Of a stretch of 62,101 bases of DNA, positions 48,101 through 56,282 are shown in pieces. Both the position numbers and the translations under genes were made by a program. Source of the stretch: Gnetum montanum (taxonomy: Eukaryota > Plantae > Gnetophyta); assembly GCA_015680685.1 (NCBI GenBank), contig MNCI01001191.1, positions 45,666 to 107,766 on the forward strand, given 5' to 3'. The notes under the pieces are model-generated. The model saw only the letters and a list, made by a program, of their open reading frames with translations. It was not told the DNA's origin and made no database searches. The first letter of the stretch is position 1. Each line of letters opens with the position of its first letter.

Positions 48101-51100
48101 CCCTTGAACGTCATTCACTGGGGTATTTATAGAGCCAGATGCAGGAAAGAGACATGGTTTGGATGCCACATGTCCTGGGTCCCACATGGTGTGAACATGG
48201 ACGTGTCATACTGCTGTGCAATGTTACGTTGCAATGTTATGCTGACATGCTACGTTGCAATGTAACGAGGTTGGATGCGAAACCTGCTAAGCTAAGCCGT
48301 GACCATACCGTTCAAACTGCGTGTGCCAGAATCCAGGAAACTGCCATGTTTTTACAAAGAATGCCAACAATGAATGCAAAGTGGAGCCTGTGCTCCAAAA
48401 CTACGTCTTCCCTGCTCTTGCGAGTAAGGTCAAGCGTAGGGACAATTTTGGGAATTAACAAGGGGGTGCAAAACAAAACAAACTTGCTGATCTTATTTGT
48501 TGAAGAGATGTCGAAGCAGAAATGACCATTGTCGGTGAGTTCTAGAACTACTAGAGATGTCCTGGGGCTTCCACGCGAGTGTTACGCTGCCCAGCATATC
48601 GACGTAGCGTAAGCATCCGCACGCTACGCTGTGCTACACTGCGTAGCGTAGCATAGCGTAGTCGCTAGCCTTGAGTTAAATCTTGCCTGAAAATCGAAGA
48701 TACCTATCTGAGGCTTGGCTAGGCAAGCAACTTCTGCAATTGACAACCTTGTCTTCCATGTCAAAAGGTCCTGGGACCTATGGAGTTCGTCCTTGGGACA
48801 CTTTCGTGTTTTGTGTCCTTGCTATGCTGTGCTACGCTGTGTAGCGCTACACAGCGTAGCAGCTAGTGTGACATGAGTCCTTGCTTGCTTTGCAATGCCT
48901 TGTTAAGAAACTTTGCTTGGAACCCGGGGGCGAAGTGGGACTGGCAATCTTGGAGGTCTGAATGTGGCCAAGTGTAATCCCTTTACTAGGAACCATTTGG
49001 CAGAGGACCTTTGTGCATTCTGACCTTGCTATGCTGTGTAGCGTAGCATAGCGTAGCACCCTGTTTAACTTGCATTCTGACTTAGTTTGCAAATGCTTTG
49101 TCGTAGGATGTCAATCATGTCCTAGCATGGCAACAAAGCAAGCATGTTTGATGGTTGAAGCATGGGCAATTATGTTTACTTTGTCAAAACAGTCTGAGCG
49201 GAGGCAATGCTACGTGGTCACCCTGCTATGCTGTGTAGCGTAGCACTCAAATGAAGATGATTTTTGAAAAAATTTGCCACATTCTCCTGTGTCATGTTGA
49301 TTATGCTTCAAGGATGAATCAAGGCAGGTATCCCAGAGGGCTGAATCACTGTCAATCTACATCTTTGGTGCCCATTCAGTCTCCATATGGCCTACTACAC
49401 TATGCAATGCAGCGTAGCGTAGCAGGTTTTGCAGTTAGAAAACTTGTTGAGCTATTTCGTCCATCCTGAACACTTTCGGTAGCTCCTAGCATGGTCCCTA
49501 GGTAGACCGTCAGCCAAGTCATGTGCCAAGCTTGGCAAGCTAGAGGGTGTAGCAAGCCTATCAGCCAAGATATAGAAAATTTGTTGGACTGTACAGTCTA
49601 CCCCTAGTGCCTCTTTCATGCAAACTGGCCTCATGGCTAAGTGTTGCGCTGACTGTGCTGCAGAGGGTGGCAAGCAGGCTCGGAAGTAGCTTTGCAGGCA
49701 TTAGGACTTGCGGGGTGCCATTTTGTCTGCATGGTCCAACGTCACACCATGCTTGCAAAGATCTTTGCCCAAATTTCGAGACTGTGCTGAATTAGGAGAG
49801 TCTCAAAATTGATGGTGTTTCATTGGGTAAATACTTGTGCACAAAAGTTTACACAATGGGCAAAGAGTAGACAGCCCATTCTTCAAAAATCCTTATTTTA
49901 TTCATGGCATCATTGCTACTTGACTTGGACAACCAAGCTCTCATGATGGAGTGGACATGTAACATTCACGACACTCAAGAGAGTCACACGGCCCCTATTA
50001 AATAAATTTTTTGTCATGTTTACAGCCATTAATATGAAGTGGACAATTTGCATATAAATAAAATAGATGTCGTCATAAGCATGTCATAGAATGTAAATCA
50101 CCATCCCACATTAACTTTTCTTATGGCCCTACCTTTTGTCTTGTTTTAAGTCACTTTTTAGTTTATATGCTATGATGGTTTATAATTTAATTTTGGCCTT
50201 TTATCTATTTTCCACATTTCCTATAATTTATCTAGTAAAAATCATTGATACTAAACTAATATGTCCATCCAACACTTTACACATGTTGTGCCGGCTATAA
50301 CAAGCATGAATATGTCATAGCTACCATGCTAAAAACTAATATTTTAATTAAATTGAGGAAAATATGATCCCACTAGGTACTTTTTTAATTATTTGACATT
50401 AAAATCTCAAAATGTAGGGCTCAAATTGAAAAACTAATTATAGATCTATACTCTAGGTGTAAAGCTAAGTTTGTCCACGAAATTTGAGTGTGATCCAACA
50501 ACTTTAAATTTTGACATATTTTAATTAATTAAATATTCAATAATTTCAAAATTTTAACTAAAGATAAAATAAAACCATCGATCCACATCACATAAATTTT
50601 TTAGTATTATTCTAAAATAATGCTAGACTTTGCAATGCTCACTGATTAATTTTATATATAAAAAACTTAAAATAATAAAAAATTAGACAAAAATTACAAA
50701 TAAATAGTAATCTTGCTTATGTCACCCAAACAAAGGTCTTCGTATCACTAAGATGCATTAGGCACATCTACAAATATATATACGCTTTAAAACAAATTAA
50801 AGTCTAAGTATTTAATAGGGCACTAAGGTCACATGTACAAATGTGGGGGCATTACACCAACCTACCTCTTCTCCAGCATGACCCTAAAAAATGTTGGCAA
50901 ATTTATAAGTTTACACACGAGAAGACAACACATGAAGGCAAAGTGAGAGCCTTACAATTTGGATGGGCTTCCACATTGAACAAAAATCCTCTCCACCAAA
51001 TCCACCACTTTCTACCAAAGAATCAGCAATTTAGCCCTCAAGAGCTAGTCACTAGATGTCTTTGGCATAGCTCCATGAAAGAAAAGCATCACCTCCTATA

Positions 51101-54100
51101 GGCTTCTAACATGAGGCAAGACATGCTCACCACCCACAGAGGTGTCCAAGTAATCCACGATGACTACCTTTGAAAGAAAAATCCTCGTCCCCTAAGAACG
51201 AGTGGCTTTGCCTTATCATGAAAGAACAAAGAGGTATTGAGGTCATCCTTCTCCCGCAACCTAAGAAGAAGGGAAGCACATCTAACTACTTCCACCATCT
51301 ACCAGAGGTTTGTGTTTTCCTGCTAGGTCACAGCATCTAGTTCAATCATGTTGGAACCTCCTATCACAAAAGAAGCCTCCCTCCACAACTTTCATGCAAC
51401 ACCCACATCTAAGACTATGGAAGGGACCATAGCGGCCAAGAAAATCATTGTATTCCTCGCCTTCCATAGCATACAAAGGAGAGTCATGACAAGTGAGTAA
51501 CCCATCAGTGTCGTGTTTGAATCAATGTCTACCATAGACCAAACTTGTCATGAAAACTAACAATTATAGAATAAGTGGTTGACGGTTTTGGGGTCCTACC
51601 CTTCACAAAGAACACAATGCAGCGGGACATTTAGGTCATGCCTAGTGAGAAAAACACACATCAAGATGGCATGTCTTTTCACCAGCCAAATAAATATTTT
51701 GATATTTCCAAGAAGACATCCCCTCCCGAGATTATGCTAATCTCACCATGGGATATTGATGTGTCTATAATTGTTTACCTGTCCCATAAATGGAGAAGTT
51801 GACGTGATGAAGCTTTGATGGGTGCATAAATTTTTCCATAATGATGAAGAAATGTCATAGGCATTCCACATCTCATATTTTCTTCAAATGATCTGCATCC
51901 ATGTTACATCATCATTTTGTTGTACTAGTGCAATCAAGTTCTGCTTGTACATCATGATGCAATTTTTGAATTTGAGTACTCCTAATCCTGCCACCTTATT
52001 AGGTTTAGACACTTCTTCCCAACAAACTAAATGCAAGTTAGGGGGCCCTTTGCCACTAGACCAAATGAAATCCTTGATGACCTTATTATAATCACAACCG
52101 ATGGTTGATAGATAGAACCCACATATATCATGATAGCAACAAGAATTGAACTTACACGCATAATTTTTCCTTTAATATAGAGAATATTGATGGCCAAATG
52201 AGAAGCATGAGCTTGGAGCTTTTGTAATAGAATTTCACATGTCCTTGCCTTCTTCCAATCAAAGATGAGGATCCTTAAGTAGATATCCTTCGTGAGACCA
52301 ATCCCTACCCCAAAAAGCCTATAGATTTTGTTACACATGTTAGGATCCATATGGATGAACTAAGCCTATGCCTTACCCCAGTTTATCTACAACCCCAATT
52401 CTCTACCCATGTGATTGATAGCACATTTCAAAGTAGCCACTTCAAGAACGGTGGCTCTCATAATGACTATAGTATCATCAACATAATGATTCACGATATA
52501 TGTGATGCCTTTTATTGATAGCCCATGGACTTCCTCAACTCTGCCGTAATCATTCATCAAGTCCATAGCTATGAGAAATAAATAGGGGGAGAGGGGATTC
52601 CTTTGTCAAAGCCCTCTCTATGAAGAAAAAAAGCTCCTAAGCTAACCTTCAAAATCAAAGGAGAAGGCTCCCAACCATCAAATATGTATGCATAACTATA
52701 CAAATCTCTTATTAAAACCTTCAGCCAATATAATAGGTTATAGAGCTAACAATTTCAAAGAATCATACGCCTGAGCAATGTCTATTTTAATAAACATACC
52801 TAGAAAAGAATCTTGTTTGATTGAGTGCATGATCTCTTGAAGGAGGATCTGATCCTAAATATATCTTCCTTTAACAAAACCTACCTGTTGTTGGCCAATC
52901 AAAGTAGGTATTACTGACTTCATTTTTTTTTTTAACAATCACTTTAGTAAATTCCTTGAGGAGAGTAGTACAAACCCCAATAAGTCTAAATAACGAATTT
53001 TCGGCAAATTTTCCATAGCTTTATGTAGGAGATTTTCACCACAGAAATATGCATCGTTAAGCTTTGTTCATCTCTAATTTAGATGATACAAGAGAAAAAT
53101 GATGTCTTCTATATTTTTGTTTCATATATAATTTCTGAAAATAGGATCTAAATCTGATTCTCAAAAGAGATTTTTGATAAGTAATTGAATCTATGGTAGA
53201 TGTATAATCCAAACAATTCTCAACCATCTTCACCGTTTACAATGCAATTTAAGATTTTATATATTTATTAAGTTCATTTAACATGAAATACAATAGTTAA
53301 CAAATAGAACATGTTGTTTTGGCTGGATTTACGGATAACATACTGAAAGATCCACAACGCATCAGTACAATGTTTGATAAGCTCGCAGAGCCCTGATAAC
53401 CATTACACAACAAATTTAAAAGTATCGCATGAATTCAGGATATTTCCCAATTAATTTTTTAATACACATAATAGAAAAAACCCACAAAAAGAAAAAATTA
53501 CAATTAGGCAGAATATGGATCAATTAAGGTAACTACCTATCGTTGGTATCATTTAAGAGTACATGAGAGTGAACAGACATTGAACAAAAATGAGGGTTCG
53601 AGAAAGGAAGAAAATTCTCCTTGATATTCCCACATATCATATAATTTATGATTAAATGTAATTTATGATATTTTCAAATTTTTTTTAAATGGGAGTGATG
53701 GTGATAGTAAGGTGGCTGTTTCTCAAGCTGTACTACCTAGGTTCTGGCTCAAGTATAGCCACTTAAAAGAGGTTAAGTTTTCACTCATCGACTATGGGAT
53801 ATGGGATAAGCATGAGTCTCCAAGTGATGATCTTTTTAAATTTAAAAAAAAAAAGTTTTTTCAAAGCTTAATGAAATTTTTCCCTGGCCGTTGTATGATT
53901 GTTATTCTTTTAATTGGTTATTTAGCTTTGAATTTCATTGCAAACAGCTGAGGTGTTCAGGAAGTTTTAGATGCTTTGGCACCTTTAAAACTTCTCTATC
54001 TTAAATTAAAAAGCATAGAAACCAATCCAATCGTTTTTCCTTTGGACCGGAAGAATTACTGCAACTTTGCATGTTAAGCAGCCTCATTGGATGGTTCACT

Positions 54101-54346
54101 CAAGTTAAAAGTAGGTTCAACATTGCATCCGGACTTCTACCGAATGAGCTTTGATAAAAAGGTGTAAAAACTACTGTTACAGCAGGAACAAAGAAAACGC
54201 AGAATCAAGGCGTGTTAAAAATTCCACTAGGGTTTTTCATTAAAACGTCCTAGCGAATCCATAAAGAGGTAGATATTTTACCCATGCGCAGTGGACTCTG
54301 ACAATGGCCTCTGAGTTCTTCTAGTGGATTCATCGAAGGCAGACAT
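5070..54346 (-). CDS. Multi-exon membrane protein, plant 'zinc transporter'-annotated family (AT5G38380-like, related to the ZnT5/MTP12 N-terminal domain); last exon not found in window
   Basis: These exons join in frame with valid splice sites: 33378-33186, 32922-32837, 31125-31041, 27342-27264, 27076-26943, 26834-26748, 26654-26542, 5200-5070. Joined sequence: HVPLQVIHILGQFMRIWSVY...QKPWKGRPLS...VVPSIINGG...CGPVRTTLSEYAGACLGVLSG...WRKVGGLVAM...FAGILSAVRRVVARRVSLK...RRLHAITIASATCFLFP...LAEDRLHLVVSSPRHL...LGLG. The first exon (54346-54282) is less certain. Family name is from recall. Confidence 0.88.
9105..10079 (+). repeat. gypsy 5' LTR
   Basis: Direct repeat of 21365-22237, with TG...CA ends and TATAAAT at about 9157. 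Confidence 0.93.
10220..13132 (+). pseudogene. gypsy gag + aspartic protease, disrupted
   Basis: Retrotransposon gag-like core (FEGG..ADPQNHLLAF, KLKLFPRTL..W) at about 11190-11600. Protease motifs KLTDPGS, ALLDSSSGVNLI and FPIIMGRAWL at 12660-12970. Stops at 11186, 11855 and 12797. Confidence 0.85.
14980..15744 (-). pseudogene. LINE-borne coiled-coil + J-domain (HPD) + Cys-cluster coding region
   Basis: One frame read through two stops (TAG 15360-15358, TGA 15174-15172): an E/Q/R/A-rich helix, then KQWLRGGRCPYLTLGISCESSWGELRRYIR*TLAHCHPDGDTSHENRNRRQAAMQGIQQVASFMDTEEHQNTLDILHELVCPDCACRQLP. Confidence 0.75.
19746..20405 (-). CDS. LINE B ORF1 (DUF4283-like)
   Basis: Open frame containing LQRSLIGRF...WAREQW...LLLFIL...GGPWFYG..LTPWHP...APVWIRVSRLPWELW...FARFCV. 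Confidence 0.85.
   Translation of the reverse strand: MPSGHPAPPEGVRTLQRSLIGRFVSRGARPRLDLVRRWAREQWQVGEVGVRSLSTDLLLFILLSRKARDSVLLGGPWFYGVRGQALTPWHPGAHQETDLFAKAPVWIRVSRLPWELWNLEFLRQITYFFGEVIAFDRVTQSMECMGFARFCVWRPLMKKDLIWEVILELLRGEEKLEVIFENLETAAGPKCSPATQGPSPGPGVRAAANLGTMKRPVAC
21365..22237 (+). repeat. gypsy 3' LTR
   Basis: Direct repeat of 9105-10079, about 100 bp shorter through internal indels. Confidence 0.93.
22722..23309 (+). repeat. 294-bp tandem duplication within LINE A ORF2
   Basis: 22722-23015 and 23016-23309 both run TCATAAAGGGCGACTGG...GAGTCG(G/A)CCTAGTG with few substitutions. Confidence 0.9.
23635..24375 (-). pseudogene. degenerate 25S/26S rRNA fragment (5' part, D1-D3 region)
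   Basis: Mutated reverse complements of conserved LSU motifs: GGCATAGTTCACCATCTTTC, GTTAGACTCCTTGTTCCATGTTTCAAGAC, AACTCTCTTTTCAAAGTCCTTTTCATCTTTCCCTCATGGTACTTGTTCGC, GGGCTGCATTCC, ACTACAATTC. Confidence 0.92.
24423..25686 (-). mobile_element. LINE 'C': inverted copy of the 5' part (ORF1) of LINE A
   Basis: Reverse-complement match to 5895-7080. ORFs 25670-25248 and 24920-24693 parallel ORFs 5911-6306 and 6532-6921. Confidence 0.92.
26026..26250 (+). mobile_element. short 5'-truncated LINE 3' end with 17-bp TSD
   Basis: AAAGATACTAATTGATT at 26009-26025 and 26251-26267. Ends CAGTAATATAATCCCAAACATTCTCTCAAATAAAAA, like the LINE B terminus. Confidence 0.85.
26542..26654 (-). CDS. host gene exon (GANISRYF...SLAEDR)
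   Basis: AG/GT bounded, phase 0 to 2. Confidence 0.9.
26748..26834 (-). CDS. host gene exon (TQWKRRLHAITIASATCFLFPFAIWHLVT)
   Basis: TAG acceptor, GTGAGT donor. Confidence 0.92.
26943..27076 (-). CDS. host gene exon (SFKGGLED...RRVSLK)
   Basis: AC (U12) acceptor, GT donor, in frame. Confidence 0.88.
27077..27263 (-). other. U12-type AT-AC intron
   Basis: 5' splice site ATATCCTTTT, branch site ACTTTAAC at 27094-27087, 3' end CAC. Removal restores the frame (API-S-FK). Confidence 0.88.
27264..27342 (-). CDS. host gene exon (VGGLVAMMAAFYFLSQGWFKANNAPI)
   Basis: AAG acceptor, ATATCC donor. Confidence 0.88.
28390..28560 (+). mobile_element. LINE RT remnant
   Basis: TTAAGGCAAGGAGATCCTCTCTCC encodes LRQGDPLS. 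Confidence 0.55.
31041..31125 (-). CDS. host gene exon (RTTLSEYAGACLGVLSGFLYGRRPQIWRK)
   Basis: CAG acceptor, GTAAAT donor. Confidence 0.92.
31636..32670 (+). mobile_element. LINE 'D' ORF2 fragment (endonuclease C-terminus and linker)
   Basis: FTWSN..SRIDSIWVS..ASDHR..PFRFKQSWL and W..WLREGDKNTKFF. Confidence 0.85.
32837..32922 (-). CDS. host gene exon (VVPSIINGGILALYFVLWGRGLESCGPVR)
   Basis: CAG acceptor, GTATTT donor. Confidence 0.92.
33186..33378 (-). CDS. host gene exon (HVPLQVIHILGQF...GRPLSHSQ)
   Basis: TTGCAG acceptor, GTTAGA donor. Confidence 0.92.
33970..34885 (-). pseudogene. second, divergent LINE-borne coiled-coil + J-domain + Cys-cluster region
   Basis: E/K-rich helix, then, with one frameshift: KLRDWFKNRECLNVML/GINCYTQ*NDLRSFYCWVSNMGHPNKATHMSEAEKRRHLGKLQIFC*VADFFKSKEDRDLLNRIYHI*WC*CGCLHLP. 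Confidence 0.7.
37469..39987 (-). repeat. Tat-like 3' LTR
   Basis: Direct repeat of 47341-49822. Confidence 0.93.
41440..41935. repeat. degenerate tandem array (core GCCAGTTTAAGGTCNTAGCGGAC)
   Basis: About a dozen imperfect 30-40 bp units. Confidence 0.85.
42725..43150. repeat. two tandem arrays (TTTAAGGCCATTCCGGGCC and AAACTTAATGTAAAATGT units)
   Basis: Imperfect tandem units downstream of the protease. Confidence 0.8.
43300..46770 (-). pseudogene. Tat/Ogre-like gag + protease, disrupted
   Basis: ORF fragments 46770-46486, 46501-46241, 46213-45782, 45347-44664 and 43992-43300. Gag core at 45700-45300 contains stops. Confidence 0.85.
47341..49822 (-). repeat. Tat-like 5' LTR
   Basis: Direct repeat of 37469-39987, followed on the minus strand by a PBS-like TGG motif. 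Confidence 0.93.
53344..53392 (-). other. candidate 49-nt (alternative) exon of the host gene
   Basis: CAG acceptor and GTATGT donor. GC-richer than its flanks. In frame only from the ATG at 54333. Confidence 0.35.
54282..54346 (-). CDS. putative first coding exon of the host gene (MSAFDESTRRTQRPLSESTAHG)
   Basis: TTGCAG acceptor before 54348, ATG at 54346 and GTAAAA donor at 54281. Phase 2 joins the exon at 33378. An upstream GTACGT donor at 54469 suggests a 5'UTR exon. Confidence 0.5.
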
Positions 54347-56282
54347 GTCTGCAAGCACTCAAAACAAAATGCTGTTTTATGTCTGTAAATACTTGATAAC
54401 CCTTTGCAAATTCACTCGAGTTGTTGCTTGTAACGGTCAATTTTGCAGCTGCGATGCAACGCTACGTACGTGTTCTTAAGACGGGGGGGGATCAAATATG
54501 CAGGCTTTGTATGGCGGTCGGCGAATCGGGGGTTGTCGCAACGAGAAGGAAGAATTGACATGTATTGCCTGTTTTGTTAGATTTTTTTTTTTTTAATTGA
54601 AAATTAGGGTGGCGGAACTTGAAATGAGTGAAACATAGGAATATTTCAAGATGAATAGTCTCATGAGAACTTTATATAAATCACCATTGCTCATTGGAAT
54701 CCAACTCATTACATGAAGCTTTTAAATTCAAATTTAAAATTTTGTGCGGGGAAGGGGGTGTTAGACCCTAAAAAATAAATATATTAAAAAAATTAGATTC
54801 AAAGTACAAAGAAGCATAGAGAAACTCCAAAACAACAAAAGGAAAGGCCCAATGGTTGTGGGAATACCCTTTTAGATTTTCTTTCTTGCAACCAATCTTG
54901 AAAAACCTCTCCTTTAGGGTAAAAAAAGGATCAGATCTTGCCCTTGTTCAAAAGCACCCAAATGGGTTTTCACTTCCTACTAAGGGCTTCATAGTAATAA
55001 AAAAGAAAACTACAAAGAGAAACATTTAGGAATTCAACTAAAACATACGCTATTAAATGATGTCACGTTGAACTAACAAAGGAAGAAAGTTAACTAGAGA
55101 ATCTCTATGAAAAACCACATTACATTGAAACTTGTAGATGGCATAAAGAATAAGAGGATGAAAGCAACACTAACTATGAAGAAGAAATCCTTGAAGTTGA
55201 GGAGTATCACTAAATAAAACTTCATTTAATCTTAGTTGAAAACTATGTAAATACTTACTACACCAAGTCTAAGAGCTACAAGCAAGGGGACAAGTAAAAA
55301 AATTAATAGATGAACACCTTGGGTCATGAAAACCTAAATGAGGGCACCAAATATCAATAGGCAAACTTTGATAAATTAAGTACTACACAAAATGTCTAAG
55401 TTTTGAAGGAGTAGTGGCATTCCATATCTTTTGAATTTACTAGTCCTATAATTACACATTGTGATTAACCTTCCAAAAATAATTGAATCTTGGCCAAATA
55501 TTAGTATTAGAACTAATAAGAGTATACACAATCTTGGGCTGATATGAAAATACATGATGCCCATTAATCCAAGAAAAATCAAGAAAACTATTATGAGAAT
55601 CTTGAATAGCTACACTTCTATCCAAACTATCTAATAGATCAAAAAATTTAAACTTTTCAAAAACATTAATGCCATAGAAACTTTGACGCTTAGACTAAGT
55701 AATCTAGCAATTTATGCATGTGAAGAGATGAAAGGGAGGAAATGCCAAGCTTGCACCATGTACTACAAAGGTGTGGATACTTAATAGCCCATGGTTCATT
55801 ATTAATTAGAAGCCACTAAAAAGAAAGCTTATCAAGCATAGAGGTAGAAACAATAATATTATAGAAGTTTACAACCTTACTTATAAGACTCTAAGCCTTC
55901 CAAATATATTTTATGACAATAGAACCTAATATAGTAATGTCTTTTGGAAAAGGATCATATTTTAAAAATGAGTATCTCTCTAATAACCACTACCTCTAAG
56001 CTTATCCATCTAAATGCACTTCTTAAAAAGAAGCCTCCAAAGCTCTCTACCAGATAAGCTTTTAATCACCTACTTGGCACATAAAACGATACCCTGCTTA
56101 TAACAATTCATCAATCCTAATCCACCATCCTCTTTGTGAGAAGCATAAATGTCTCATGCAACATGACAAAATCCTTTCTTGGAATGGTTGCTACTCTAAA
56201 GAAAATTTCTCACAAGCTAATCAATGCAATGATATGCAAAAATACTAGGAGCCCAACATGAAGAATAATCCACACAAGTAAT

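Larger units (their letters stand above)
37469..49822 (-). mobile_element. Ty3/gypsy Tat/Ogre-like LTR retrotransposon, gag-protease only
   Basis: LTRs of about 2.5 kb at 47341-49822 (5') and 37469-39987 (3'), minus-strand TGAAA...GGTGCA. PBS-like TGGTCGCAACGATGG and PPT AAAGAGGGGCCA. Gag carries a CDYHQLCGHDTNYC knuckle; protease VHVDNGAATNVI...LILGRSWL. Confidence 0.9.
34965..50856. mobile_element. solo-LTR-like element (about 3.5 kb net) with TSD CCAAC, interrupted by the Tat-like element
   Basis: Ends TGTAGGACCCC...GGGGCATTACA. CCAAC at 34960-34964 and 50857-50861. No coding domain seen in 34965-37468 or 49823-50856. Confidence 0.75.
33696..52990 (-). mobile_element. L1-clade LINE 'E' (5'-truncated, degenerate), split by an LTR insertion at 34965-50856
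   Basis: RT at about 52900-52000 (GFVKGRYI, LLQEIMHS, IKIDIAQAYD); zf-RVT at about 51700-51430 (HCVLCEG..TVNHLF, LWKARN). Continues at 34964 into the coiled-coil/J-domain region and ends TTTTTCAAAAAAAGAAAG at about 33700. Confidence 0.8.

Noticed and set aside
49993-50820. MITE suggested by the CCCTATTAAATA / TATTTAATAGGG inverted pair
   Set aside because: Only 12 AT-rich bases, no TSD, and it lies within the solo-LTR-like element.
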